This document shows positions 40,692 to 54,460 of a DNA stretch of 64,000 bases, piece by piece (the stretch's first letter is position 1; every line of letters starts with the position of its first letter). The notes beneath the pieces are model-generated. The model saw only the letters and a list, made by a program, of their open reading frames with translations. It had not been told where the DNA came from and did no database searches. Origin of the DNA: the human T2T-CHM13v2.0 reference genome, Homo sapiens; NCBI RefSeq assembly GCF_009914755.1, contig NC_060937.1. One strand, written 5' to 3'. The position numbers and the translations under genes were made by a program.

Positions 40692-43600
40692 TACCAATAC
40701 ATGCGGTATAATAAATAATAATTTAAATAAATATTGCAGAAGCTATTGTTTTTTTAATGATTCTTTCGTATTGTTGCCTATGAAAAGCTGTGACATAAAT
40801 GATGCATCTTAACTAGTTTTGGGATTGACCCTAAAGGGTTGCACACAATTTTCATTGTAGCCACAAAAACTCTTTCAGCCTAGTTCTGACCACCTGTTTA
40901 ATGAGGGCAGCTATAAACTTCAGACTGTATAAACGTGCTGCATTAGTCTTCTTCAGTATATCCATATATTCATGTCTCCCATAAATCTTCTATACCAAGC
41001 TGTTCAAATTACCTTCAAAGGGAAAAATATGAGTTGTCCAACTTAAAGCAGTTCATAGATAATGACAATTCTTGTAAAATGAGTGTTTGAGAGTGTCTTG
41101 AAAGAATATAGATATATTTTGAGATGAAACCAAATGTAAAACAATTCAGTTGAAGAATACAAAATTTCTTATGACATTCTATTGTTACACTGAAAGTAAA
41201 TTAGATTTTGGAAACAATGTTCACTGAACCTTTTAATTTTTTCTGCTTCCATGCAGCAAATTTCCTCAGATATTCTGAACTGATACTCAGGAAAACCTCT
41301 TTAAGATTGCTGGGGAGGAAGAGTAAGGATAAGGGAAAGCCAAGTGGAGGCCCCAATACCTCATAAAATCTTCAAACATAGGAAATCCATCTTTATCGAT
41401 TTACCTACTATATTAGATTCACTATAAAATTACTTGTAAATGTAAGTTCAGGGTCAAAAGAATTGAAAAATACTGCTCTACTCTGTCCTCAAACAACTAT
41501 TTACTTGAGTTTCTAATTTCTGAATGTCTAAATATTAGAAATAAGTTTATATCATTGCCAATTTTGTTTATGCTAATATATAAAGAATCAAACAGCTTGC
41601 TAGACATTTCTGATGTTCTTCTTTTTAGTTTTCACATCTTTGTGGTTAGGCTTATTGTAAGACAAGACTTCTGAAGATGATTTTGTAATTTCTTTTTCTA
41701 TAGTGTTTTAACTCATTCAACTTTATGCCCTGTTGGCTGGCCTTCTTAATTTAAATACTTCAGTATGTTTTATAAATCTCCATTGATCTGAATTTAATGA
41801 ATATACTTAGAACACTTTATAGGACTGAAGAAGTATCAGTTAATTTCAAACTGGCAGCCAAGAGAGAAATAATCATAAGCAAATATTAAAATAAACATAT
41901 GTGAATAAAAAAATTCAGTGTTATGTTAGCATGCCATGGATATAAAAAAGCTAATTTTTGAGTGGTAGAATGTTCACATTCATTGTCTTACAATTCTTAA
42001 ATTGTTTTGCTTTGCTCTCAGAACATTTGTATTAAGCAATCATGAAGCATATGTCTGAAGTTTCTATAAAAATCAACAAAATTAAATTGCCAAGAGCATC
42101 AGAAAAACAAAACTGCATATGCTTTTAATAATACCGAACCTACCTCTGAGGTTGAGTTTTTTAATGTCTTAAAATTTTCCCAAATACTTATGTATATACA
42201 TTCATGAAAAAATAAGTTTATTCAAATTAAATAAAATTATAAATAGTTATTATTATACTGCTTTCCATCAGAGTAAAATAATGTTGATAAAGCTACTTAA
42301 TAATCAATGTGGTTATTACATTTTTAAAAGAAAAAAAAGAACAGAAAATGAGGCCCAACAGACTAGGCAAAAATACAAGAAAGTGTTAAATACAGAAAAA
42401 AATTGCCTTAATGTTTGGCTTATAATCCAAGACTATGATTATAAAATCAAGCTAGTTCAAAGATCCAAATGGCTATGTCACATAAATGAGTTGCATTATG
42501 TCAAGCTCACAGGATTTAAGATGCAGTTCATTCTCCTTACCACACACAGACATGCTCTTAGTCTACCAACATATCCATTATACCCTCCTGCCTTTTAAGC
42601 AATACAACTTCAGGAGTGTACTTAGTATAAACAGACCTCAAATAGAGAGAACCCATGCCCTGGTCTCACAACTCACAATACTGAAGGATAATTTGTAAAT
42701 CTAAACTCTTGACATCGAATGTATTTTAGGTTAGGAGTAATATATTAGAGGTATACAGACAATCTACATGCTTGTGAAAACATATGGTTGTATGCCAACC
42801 TCACAGAGGTTCCAATTTGCTCTCTAGGTCACCCAAAAGAAATTCTCCCTATGGGATTTTGCCTTTAGAGAGACAAAGTGAATTGGTTCTGTTGAAATAT
42901 TCATTAAATTAAAAGGCTTCATTTACTATTCTAAAAGCAATTAATCAGTTTTCCCCACTCTGTGTAGTAGAGTACTAGCCACCACTTTACAAAAGTGCAT
43001 TAGCACTCTAGGGAGAATACAACACATTTCAAGAAAAATTAATAGGGTCTGTTAAGAAAGTTAGTCATAGACACTAAGAAAGTTAGAAACTTTATTGGAA
43101 CATAGAAAACCTTGAAATAACCAATTTAGTAAAATTACTTGCAATGGCAATTGAAATTAAAATACAATAAAGAACATGGTTCTTATGGATAGTTTTGAAG
43201 GGTTTACCATTGTTAAACATAACATAAATTCAGGTGTAAGGAAAGGGAATTAAAAATATAAGTAATAGTAAATATTAAGTTTTATTAAGAAAGTCTGCCA
43301 AGTATTTATAGCAATATTAGCAAGTACTTTTGATCATGAGAAAAATGCCAATATCTGCAAAACCTCTATATGCTCACTATTCATGATTAATTATTCTAGT
43401 AACAATTCATCCATTCTAAAGTCATCAGCTGAACATAGCCCAGGTCAATAGTTACAGGATATTGTAGACTGAAGATATATTCCTCTGGCAGCGTTTCTGT
43501 GCAATATGTAAATCATTGTATGATCTGAACATAGTACATAATGAAAAATTAATGCATTTGCTAGTTTAAGCAGGAACTCTAATTAAACATAAAATTGTGC

Positions 43601-43886
43601 TTTAAAATTTTTGAATGAAGATAAGTCTATATAAATGTATAAATATATATTTATATCAATAAAAGTAGATTAAAAGAAAGCAGGGATGATGCAAAGCAAT
43701 AAAAAACAGAGTTGTCCTAAAATATGAGACATCTAAAATAATTCCATCTAGAGTTATATTTTTAAAAGTATTACATTTACTTTTAAGAAGAATTATTAGG
43801 ATGTTACAGACAAGACTACTACCACATGGAATAGTTTGACAAGTCATTCAACAGCCAGTGTGCTGTTCTATATTGTCTATATTCTT

Positions 43887-44165
43887 GGCTGGGCGCGGTG
43901 GCTCACTCCTGTAATCCCAGCACTTTGGGAGGCCGAGGCGGGTGGATCACAAGATCAGGCGTTCGAGACCAGCCTGGCCAACAACATAGTGAAACCCCAT
44001 CTCCACTAAAAATACAAAAAATTAGCCAGGCATGGTGGTAGGTGCCTGTAATCCCAGCTACTTAGGAGGCTGAGGCAGTGAGCCGAGATCGCACCACTGT
44101 ACTCCAGCCCAGGCATCAGTGCAAGACTGTGTCTCAAAAAAATTATAATAAAATAAAATAAAAAT
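43887..44165 (+). mobile_element. AluS (Sg/Sx3-like) with right-arm deletion
   Basis: gaggctgaggcag joined directly to tgagccgagatc; catagtgaaacc; cagcccaggcatcagtgcaagac. Confidence 0.9.
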
Positions 44166-44249
44166 ATATGAACAAAAAATATTATTCTCCCTTGAATCCT
44201 GCAAATATGTGTTGGAAATCTAATAAATTTATTTGAAATACTAAATAGT

Positions 44250-44330
44250 TATGTCAAATGGACAACCAGTAAATGTCATATATCTAGAAATTTTAAAGCC
44301 TTTGATAACGTTACTTCTAAAAGACTGGGT
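44250..44330 (+). mobile_element. L3/CR1 reverse-transcriptase relic
   Basis: gtaaatgtcatatatctagaa..aaagcctttgataacgtt reads VNVIYLE-/KAFDNV with one frameshift (CR1 motif VDVIYLDFSKAFD). Confidence 0.6.
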
Positions 44331-44479
44331 TTTTTTTTTTTTTTGAAACAGCATAAAATTAGGGGGAAGAGAGTAAACCAAAGCAGGCATTTTCCAGATG
44401 AAATTAGTGTCAGTCTATTAAGAGCTTTCTAAGTCAAATAAAGGAGTGTGTGTGTGGGTAAGTCTTGGGAGGCAGTGAA

Positions 44480-44700
44480 ACAGAATGGTGGAGCAGAGTC
44501 TCTCCATTTGGGGTCACTGCAGGGAAATCCAAGTTCTATCAACTGCGTGACCCTGGGCATTTTACTAAACTCTCAGGACTTCAGTTTTCACAGTGGTATA
44601 ATAAGGTTAATAATAGCATCTCTCTTGTAACAATAAACTAAGATGTTGGTACGCCATAAACACAAACCTATGCTAGCATTTTACCTTTCATATTATTATT
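44480..44700 (+). mobile_element. MIR
   Basis: ctgcgtgaccctgggcattttactaaactctcaggacttcagtttt. Confidence 0.75.
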
Positions 44701-44849
44701 CAATTAAAAAAACGTAAGATATTAAAATAGAAATAGTTTCTAACACAAAGGTTTTGTTCTCAGCTCAATTATAATAATCAAAAGAGTCAAGCCAGCAGTC
44801 ATTAAATGAATTATTAATTGCATACTGATCTATCTCTAATGAACTAGGT

Positions 44850-45020
44850 GGTCTCATATTTATCATCCTACTTGATCTTTACAACAACCTGTGACATGTG
44901 CTTTATGGTTGCCACCTTGCAGAAAACTGAGGCTCAAAGAGCTTAAGTGACTTGTCAAAAATCATATATTTACAAGTAGCAAATCTAAGAATAAAATAGG
45001 AATTTCTTTCCTCTGTGTCA
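44850..45020 (-). mobile_element. MIR
   Basis: tttacaacaacctgtga...gaaaactgaggctcaaagagcttaagtgacttgtc. Confidence 0.8.
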
Positions 45021-45189
45021 CAACAAATCTAGCCGTTCTCTAAGATAAGTGAATTTTGCCAGTACCTAAGAAATCCTTTGAAATATGTGGTGGGGACTCT
45101 ATGAAAACACTACAAACTCTATATTTTTCTTGACTCCCAATTTTTGAACATTCACATTTCAGTTCCTGATACGTTATCTTCTTCCGTCA

Positions 45190-45413
45190 TACTGAGACTA
45201 GGCTAAAGGGAATGAAGACCTTGCCCAAGTGCAAAATTTAAGGGAATGAGAAAAAAAAAGTAATTGAGATGAATATTATTTTAATACAATGTTTTTAAAA
45301 TTCAAAATAAATACTAAAGGTTCATGATGAAAAACATATCAATATTTTAAATTAAGACAGTATCTCCTGGGGCATCTAAGAGCCTAAGGCAAAAGGAAAT
45401 AATCAGTAATACT
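45190..45413. mobile_element. MER96B-like hAT fragment
   Basis: gtgcaaaatttaaggg...catgatgaaaaacatatcaatattttaaattaagacag...gagcctaaggcaaaaggaaataatcagtaatact. Confidence 0.65.
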
Positions 45414-45552
45414 ACATAAACTCTGCTCTTTCAACAGGTCTCAGCTTAAATATTTCTTACATTCAGAAACCTTACACTGGTTTAAATGATGCACTTCCAA
45501 GCTCCCATTATATCCTGTGCTTACCTCTCCAACTAGACTTATCCAAGCTACA

Positions 45553-46086
45553 GTAGTGTTTATCTATTGCTGCAATACACAAAACCTCAAATCTTAGTGC
45601 AATATTTGAAAACAGAGAACATTTATTCTGTAACAGTTTTCATGTGTCAGGAATTTGGAAATGGTTTAGTTGAGATTTGACTGAGAGACCCTCATCAAGT
45701 TTCAATTGAGAGATCAGCAAGGGCTGTAGTCATCTGAAAGCTTGACTGTGGCTGAGGATCTACTTCCAAGATGGCTTACTACCATAAGTATTTGCAGATG
45801 GCCTCCATCCCTTGCTACATGGTTCTCTTCATAGAGTTGTTTCAGGGCTCTCTTGACATGGCTGTTTAGCTTACCCAGCATGAGCAATCCAAGAAAGAGT
45901 GAAAGAACAAAGCTGCTGGGCCTTTTATTCCTACTCTCCAAAGTCTCACACCATCACTTGTACTTTATTTTATACTTTAAAAATGAGTAGTAAGTGTAGC
46001 CCACACTCAAGAGGAAGAGAATTAGGCTCCACCTTTTACAGAGAAGACCGTCAAAGAATTGTTGAAAATATTTTAAAAGTGACACA
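45553..46086 (-). mobile_element. MLT1F/G LTR inside a plus-strand L2 (about 45420-46240)
   Basis: tatctattgctgc...gggctgtagtcatctgaaagcttgactg...ttccaagatggct...gcccacactcaagagg. Confidence 0.8.
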
Positions 46087-46569
46087 AAGAGTTACCTGTT
46101 AGTTGGCTATTTGTGTCTCAGGACTAAACTCTAGGAGATGAAATACCATAACTGAATTGTTTGCCATTTGGTCTTCTCAACCCTAGGACTGTCCCTGATA
46201 CATAATATGTGCTCAATATGTATCATTTAAGTCATTAGTAGAATTCATGGGGACATTCCATCAGTAAAATGATTTTATAAAAGAGTCATAAAATGACAAA
46301 TAAAGTTATAAGAGAAAGAATTTTGCTAAGGAAAATAAATGATATTTTCTGATTTGGGTCTATCAGATAAAAGATGATAAGGATATGACAAAAGTTTTGA
46401 CATCATAAGTGAAAGAGTCAGGCATAAAAAATATAAAATTCTTCTAATTTTAAATATTGTGGAAAAAAGGGGGCTTAAAAGATAATTTGGGTTGGTGGAG
46501 GAACCAATTGAACTGCTATTATTTTGCAATAAATTTTAACACAAACTTAAAAAAATCTGACTTTACTGA

Positions 46570-46972
46570 CGTCTTAGTTCAGGTTGCTGTAATAAAATAC
46601 TGCAGACTAGGTAGTTTATAGATAATAGAAATGTATTTCTCACATTTCTGGAGGCTGTGAAGTCCAAGATCAAGGTACCAGTAGATTCAGGATTAGGTGA
46701 AGGATCACTCTGTGATTCATAGGTGGTGCCTATAGCTGCATCCTCATCAAATGGCAGAAAGAGCAGCTTCCTTGCATGTCTTTTATAAGGTCACTAATCC
46801 TATTCAGGAGGGCTTTATCCTAAAGTTTGGCTCATAACTCAGACAATCACACAGGAGCTTTTTCACTTTGTTAAGACTTAATGACCTCCTAAAGGCTGTA
46901 TCTCTTAATGCCACCACACTGGGGATTAAGTTTTAACATATGAATGGGAGGATGCATATTCAGACTATAGCA
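46570..46972 (-). mobile_element. MLT1A/A0 LTR
   Basis: ttctggaggctgtgaagtccaagatcaagg...ttttataaggtcactaatcc...attcagactatagca. Confidence 0.88.
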
Positions 46973-47185
46973 ACTGGAATTAAAATTCTTCAAAGGTATG
47001 ACTGAAAATCAAATATTTATATACATATATGTCTGTGTGTGTATATATATAACGCCTGGAACTGAAGTCATGCTTTTTCTATTATATCGTATTATCAGAA
47101 ATACAACTGAAAGATAGAGATCCAAGCAGCTTTTGCACATTTATGAAAATACACTTTGAGAGATGCGAAATTAAATGCATGTTCT

Positions 47186-47542
47186 GCTATGCTATGTTTG
47201 TGTCTCCCCAAGTTTCATATCTCGAAACTTAATTTCCATTGTGGCAGCATTAAGAGGTCAGACCTCTTGGAGATGATTAGTGCATGAGGGGTGTGCCCTT
47301 ATGAATGGGATTAGTGCCCTTATAAAAAAGCACCAAGGGATTTTGCGTATCTCTTTAATCATGTAAGGACAAAGTGAGAAGCTGCCATCTTTGAAGCAGA
47401 GAGCAAGTCCTCACCAGATGCTGGATCTGCTGACACATTGATCTTGGACCTTCTAGCCTGCAGAACTGTGAGCAATGAATTTCTGTTGTTCATAAACTAC
47501 CTAGTCTAAAGTATTTTGTTATAGAAGAATAAATGGGCTTTG
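47186..47542 (+). mobile_element. MLT1A0/A1 LTR
   Basis: atgtttgtgtctcccc...atgaatgggattagtgcccttataaaa...cctcaccaga...gaactgtgagcaatgaatttctg. Confidence 0.88.
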
Positions 47543-47647
47543 ATTTTTAAAATATTTTTTATTTTATAGATAATTGATAATTATCGATAATTTTTTAAAT
47601 ATCGAATATTTTTAAAATATTTTTTATTTCATAGATAATGGATAATT
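47543..47647. repeat. 40-bp direct duplication separated by a 25-bp palindromic spacer
   Basis: atttttaaaatattttttatt(t/c)-type 40-mer at 47543-47582 and 47608-47647, 2 mismatches. Confidence 0.9.
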
Positions 47648-47899
47648 TTGAATATTCAGAGTTTGCGAACATTGTAGACTTTTTTTGGAGCAGCTTTTAT
47701 GCTTGGCTGTGCTATCTATATTCCATAATGTATATTTACTCAATGTTGATTATTTGAAATTTTAGAAATTATGATGAAAAACACTATGAATTCACACATA
47801 TTTTATATCTGAAAACATTACCATGCAAATAATTTGAATTTTGGATAACACTGATGGAATAATTCAATCTGTGTTCATAAGTAAGTGATGTTAATAGAT

Positions 47900-49590
47900 G
47901 AACATTTCTCAGTCTGTGGATCAACTAGTGCTGCTGGAGGTTGACGGAGGACTTTTCAAAGGGTCCTTGAAGTCAAAAATAATTTTATAATAATTCTACA
48001 ATGTTATTTGCCTTTTCACTGTGTTGGTATTTGCACAGATGGTGCCAAAACAGTGATGGCTTAAACTGCTGGCTTCTTAGCGTCAATTGAGAAGTGGCAT
48101 CAAACTAATGGTTACTGTACAAACACGCAGGAAAAGAAATCCAGTTTCATCGAAGAATATCTTGATTAAGTAGGAAATGTTATTGGTCTTATTAAATCTT
48201 CTTGAATCACAACTCTTTAAATATTCTGAGTGCCTAAATAACAAACAGACTTACAGCACTTTTGCTCTATAACAAAGTGAAAAAGCTCCTGTGTGATTGT
48301 CTGAGTTATGAACCAAACTTTTGTCATGGAAACTTGTCATGGAATATCATTTTTACTTGAAAGAGCAACTAAGAAGAAACCTATGGCTATTCAAGCTTGG
48401 GCGTTTGTTAGGCAGTATCTTGATAATGAACAAAGAAAAACCTGATAATCAATGAAAAAAAATAATAATTGTTGCTGATGATAAATTCAAATTTTCCAAT
48501 GGAAATAGGGATTTGGGGAATTTGTACCTTACATTTTGAATTTAGCAGATTCTGAGCAGTGATGAGATTGTTGCTATTGCTGAATGTTACTTTTTCTATA
48601 TTGTATCATGAAATATTTTAACACTTAGAAGATTTGCATATATCTATGCACCAATATTTTCCAAAACATCAAAACATAGTTTACAAATCATGCTTGGGTG
48701 AAAAGAAAATGCATTCAAAGTGCAAAATATACTCTAGATTTCAATATAGGTGCGAAAAGTTCATTAATATGCTTTCAAATTCTACATTGCAACCAAGTTT
48801 TGGAAATCGTCATTTGTTGAGTTTGGGGTTGTATCATGTAATAATATCCACAATTTTTCTGAAAAGGCAATTAAAAGAAGTCTATCTTGTCCAAATATAT
48901 ATCTGTAAGGCTGAATTTTCTTCATAAACTTCAATTAAAAAGTAAAAAAAAATACAGCTGGGTGCAGTGGCTCATGCGTGTAATCCCAACACTTTAAGAG
49001 GTTGAGGTGGGAGGATCATTTGAGTCCAGGAGTTTAAGACCAGCCTGGGCAACATAAGAAGAACCTATCTCTACAAAAAATAAAAAATTACACTGGTGTG
49101 GCAGGCACCTGAACTCCCAGCTACTGGGGAGGCTGAGGTGGGAGAATCGCTTGAGTCCAGGAGCTCGAGGTTGATTGAGCTGATTGTGCCAATGCACTCC
49201 ATCCTGGGTGGCAGAGAAAGACCCTATCTCTAAGTAAATCCCAATAGATTGAATGCAGAAAGGCATACTGTAAGAATACAGTCAATTTCTATTAAGAAAG
49301 ACTTTTAAAATACTTGCTAAAGAATGCTATTTTTCTCACTATTTTTTTGTAAAATGTTATTTTTCATTAAAGTATGTTACATATGCTAACATCTTGTGGG
49401 TCTATTTTTATTTATCATTTAGTGGGTTTATTTTTATTTCAAAATAAATATATTTTTAAATTTCAGTTTTAACTTGTTTATGGTAAGTATTAATAGATAC
49501 CTAGCATATAAACAAGAGCTCTTCAGGGTCTCCAACAAATTTTAAGTGTGTAAAGGGCTCCTAAGAACAAAAGTTTAAGAATTGCAGCCA
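47900..49590 (+). mobile_element. Charlie1a (hAT-Charlie), interrupted by AluJ
   Basis: Transposase relic CVGICTDGAK (tgtgttggtatttgcacagatggtgccaaa); 3' end ataaacaagagctcttcagggtc...aaaagtttaagaa. Confidence 0.82.
48956..49238 (+). mobile_element. AluJ
   Basis: gggaggatcatttgagtccaggagttt, cctgggcaacata, agaccctatctct. Confidence 0.9.
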
Positions 49591-51964
49591 TAGATTATTT
49601 AAAACAAGGACCAATTAATTTACAAAAATAATAGGAGAAAGGAGAAAAACATTCTGCAAAAGAGTTTACTTAATTAACTTTATAATGATACTGTTATCTA
49701 GAGCAAACTGGTTTAAGCCACAAATGCAAGCAATCCTAAGAAGCTATGTAGACTCAAGGTCAATGTACATGAAGTAACTCAAGAATAAACACTTGGGGCT
49801 TGATGGAATTTATTCACTGACCCTAAAATGTCAACTAAACATAGATACTAATGTTGCATCTCCAGTCTCCCATGCTATGTCAGAATCTATTTGGGGTGCT
49901 CTAAATCCACACAGAATATTCATGTACTATTTTAGGGAGACCTAGTAAATTAATATAAAGAAAAGAGTAATTTTATATTTCAGAATGAAGCTTGTCTTAT
50001 AATGATTCACATTGGTATCAATGATAGGGTACTTCTGATTGAATCTTACTATAACAGTTGTGAGCTTGATTCCTCAAAAACTCAAATTGCTTCCCTTAAG
50101 CCCTGGAGCACTGACTTAATAAAAATGTGGTCACCGTATAGGTAGAAATGTATTGCTTTACCAGTGATTCTTTATGTGAACACATAGCACAAGAAAAGCT
50201 AATTTTTGTATTGGGGGTTAATTAATTAACAGAGAAAAAACGAAATGAAATTTACTATTAGAAGTTAAATACTGCAACGATCAGGTTTACCAATGTGTTT
50301 GAGAGAATGTTATTGATACTTTTACTCAAGCTAAATTCTGAACCTTTAGATAGTTTCTAATTTATGTCAGAGTGCAGTTAAAAGCAAATTTTATAAATTA
50401 TATACTTGTAAGAAATATACGACAAGGTGAATAAATTTGGAAACAAATTTATATAATATAATTTTAATACTTTTCTATCTCTCCCTCTCCTTCTCCATTA
50501 TACAAAAACTACCTAGCTGAGTGACAGAAAAGTATCTCTCAACTGAAAATTTACCAATATTATGGAATTTCTGAAAAATATGTTAATTAATACTAAAATA
50601 TGAAATTAAATAAATTAGCTGAGCACTTGTACAAGTAATATTGTTTCTATTAGGAAAAAATAGTCGAGGGACATGTATCTTTAATGTATTTATGTTGAGT
50701 ACTCAACTCAGAAATCATCTGATTTATCCTGATATATCATAAATTATAATATCAACTCTTTATTATACTTTGAAAGTATGGAGTCTGATGCATTTGACAT
50801 TTTAATTCCCTGTGGATATTTTATAACATTAGGCTTTTGATTCCATTTTCTTTTTAATTATCTCAAGAATTTATTCATGTATTATATATAATTTGATATA
50901 GGTCCATTCCCAGCTACTATTTTTATTTTTTTACTTTCTACAAATAGCTCACTCTCAATATGTATATATTTAATGTATTTTGTACACGGTTATATTTGCC
51001 TTGAAAGGAAAAACAACAAATAGTGGTCTGCTATAGGAACATTCTGAAGTTTTATTTTAAAGTATATCACTCAATCAGTTGTTAGTCACAAAATGTATAA
51101 CAACTTGATTCTAGAATATTTACACATAGAAATTCTCTGACTGTGTTTTTATAAAAATATATGATCAGTAATTAAATCACCAGTATAAATTCTACTGTGT
51201 ATTTGCCATTAGATTTTCTAATAATTCATAAGGAAAATACTTACATGTTACTTTGCATCTAGTGACTCTGCTTCTCCTTCTCTTTCTGGTGATGTATCAG
51301 TCTACTTGCAAACGTAGCCCTCTCTCCTCCATCCTTTCATTTGGTGAACACATACAATTTTCAGCAAATTTTATTATTTTTCCTTTAAAATGAAGGTTGT
51401 GTTCATATGTTTTCCTTTTCTAACTTACTGTCATCAATCCAAGATGATACTATTTTATTCTCTGATCGCTGGTTTATTTCTGAGGGGTCACGTGTATTTT
51501 AATTTTTTGTGTGCATAAAAGTGTATAAAGGGCACTTTTATGTTTAGATTCTATTAGAAGCTGTTTGTGATCTTATAAATAATACATTCTGAGCATCTGG
51601 ACTTGGCATTTGTAGGTCACCCTAATCCAAAACGTTCTGAGGTGTTGCATTTTACATACTCCCACACAAACCCATTTAGCCAGGCTTTCCACTCTCACCT
51701 CCAAATACCATACTTGTTCTGTCCTCATGTTTTTCCTCTTATATAATTTTCATCCAATGAGAGTTTTTTTCTTCTTCCATTATTCATCTCAAGCTTCAAA
51801 TTCTTTATAAAGGTTTTCATGATTATTTCTGTGTAAAGTCATCATTTCTTTCTAAATTCTTCATACCCTTTTGCGTTTGAATGATCTATACAGATGTCCT
51901 ATATACTAAGCATATTTGAATTCCTAAATCTCAGTGGCAAAATTTTATTTTTGAATCCTACTTT

Positions 51965-52391
51965 TGTTATATAGATATTGCTAATGTTTCTAATTGTTCA
52001 CACCTGCCTCTATCCAAGCCATTTACCAGTGCCCTTCTGGGTCTGGAAGTATGACTGCTTTGACCAATGGAGCAGTGGCCAAGAGTGACTTGAGCAGATT
52101 TGACTCCTGCTACCTCCAAAAGAACGTGCCTATCTGTCTTGTTGAAACAATGAAAGAGCGAGCCATGTAACTGTCCTCCACCTGGCCTACATTCAGATGT
52201 GTCAGATTCCGACTAGTAAGCCGTGTGTCCTCAGACATGTTGAGTAAACCCTGCCAAGGCCAGAATGATAGTCCAGCTTAAATTATGAATCTGCAGTCTT
52301 GTAAGCCAAATACATGCTTTTTGTTTTAAGAGACTGAGTGTTGGCATAGTTTGTTACAACAAAGTTATTATGCCATTAGAAAACTGATACG
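51965..52391 (+). mobile_element. MLT1H-like LTR within L2 relics (about 51300-52470)
   Basis: tgactgctttgaccaatgg...ttgttttaagagactgagtgttggcatagtttgttac...aactgatac. Confidence 0.7.
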
Positions 52392-52544
52392 CTATGCCTG
52401 GAACCCAAACACAGCAGCCTCACAGAACTTTGTACATATTTAAAATTTAATGAGGGTTGAATAAATGTATTCCAGATTATGTGTAAGGATGACTACAACA
52501 CACTCCCAAACTAGTTTGAAAGAGTAAGCAAAGGGAACTAGATT

Positions 52545-52730
52545 CTTTGAGCATCTGTAATATGCCAAGTAAGGTGATGCAAAATTTAATGTTTGATCCC
52601 ATCTACTCCTTGCTACAATACGTGAGGTACTTGTCAATAGCCCAGTGTGCAGATAAAGAAAGTGAGGCTTGCAAAGATAATGTAATTCACCTAGGTGGTA
52701 CATAGAGTCTAAAGAGAACTTAAATGATAA
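52545..52730 (-). mobile_element. MIR
   Basis: ttgagcatctgtaatatgccaag...gcagataaagaaagtgaggctt. Confidence 0.7.
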
Positions 52731-52969
52731 CATAACAATCTGATAGAAAAATTGGTGTTTATTTATGTCGGTATTATGACAGAAGCTCTTGCAAGGACCA
52801 AGATATTAAATGAATAAATACACGACAATTTTTAAAAATAATTTTCAGTTGCTTTATACTGGCATTTTTATGACAATCATCTTTATTTGGAATGAAATCC
52901 AATTATTTTCACTTATAAGTAAGATTTATGCTTTTATCTTTTTTATTTTGAATCTCACATCTTTATATG

Positions 52970-53062
52970 ATTTTTTTCATTGTTCAACAATTTTTAACCA
53001 AATGTTTACTGTGTGTCCAGCAATTTACTAGGTACGAGATATACGGTTGTGGATAAAACAGG
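52970..53062 (-). mobile_element. L2 3' end
   Basis: ttcattgttcaacaa...tttactgtgtgtccagca...gatatacggttgtggataaaacag. Confidence 0.65.
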
Positions 53063-53064
53063 GG

Positions 53065-53252
53065 CCACACAGGCTTCTGTGAACCAACACTGAGTTTGTA
53101 TGAGCATCTCTTCAGTGATGTTGATAGTTTAAAATCAACCATATGGAAGTATTTACATCACAGTAATTGGCAAATACTACAAAGTTTCTTCTTTCTTTCT
53201 TCCATTCTTTTTTTTCCTCAGAGGTCGTTGTCAAATATTTACCAACATATAT
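53065..53252 (-). mobile_element. MER63A (hAT-Blackjack)
   Basis: gcatctcttcagtgatgttgatagtttaaaatcaaccat...gtatttacatcacagtaattggcaaatactacaaa...atttaccaaca. Confidence 0.75.
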
Positions 53253-54165
53253 TTAGTAACCTTTGGCCCATATACGAAAGGAAATCTATACTCCTATTGT
53301 ATTCAAAAGCCCCATACAATAAATTTGAAGAAATAAATTAATCCAGTTAAATGTAAAAGACTTCAAATGAGAAGAAAGCAAGCTAAAATCAATATAATAT
53401 TTATAAAAATACACAATACATAAGAACACACCCATAATGCAAGGAAACAAACACAGATTAAGAGATATGAAAATATATAGTAGGCAAATCAGATATCCAG
53501 ACAAATATCAAACTTCATATACATCAAGGCATAAAGTGATATTAGACATGAAGACAGTTACTTCATATTGATAAAAGAAGTCACATGTATATAAAATAAT
53601 TCTGAAATTGTGTGCACCTAATAACAAGCCTTATAAAATATAAAGCAAAACCAAAATTCAGGAAAATTATAACCAAAAAAAGTTAAAGCCATAATTGTGG
53701 TATGTGATTTTAATATAAATTTCCCATGTATCTATATACAGGTAAGACTAAAACTTTTCACTGAAAATTTTAAAAATGAACAAACATGTTAATGGAATAT
53801 GAGAACCCAGTTCAAAACAATTAGAGAATGTACCTTTATTCCAGTTCATATGACATGTTTATTTTAAAAATCATGTAGTATACTAGCTCAAGAAAAGAGA
53901 AATTTTACAAATAAATAGCATTAATAGTGAAAATGGCTCATAATTAGAGACATATATTTTTATAAAGAATGGTATGAAGCACTTCCCATGAGTAAATTGT
54001 TAAACTTACAAAAAATACACAAATGAGAAAACTGTAACTTACTAAAAATAACACAATTGTAAATGTTGAGTCAGTAATTTACTATCTTACATATAAACTT
54101 AATAGGCACAATGATTACACACTCTCCCAAACTTTCAAGATGTTGATAATACTAAATTTAAGTAA

Positions 54166-54460
<295 letters not shown>

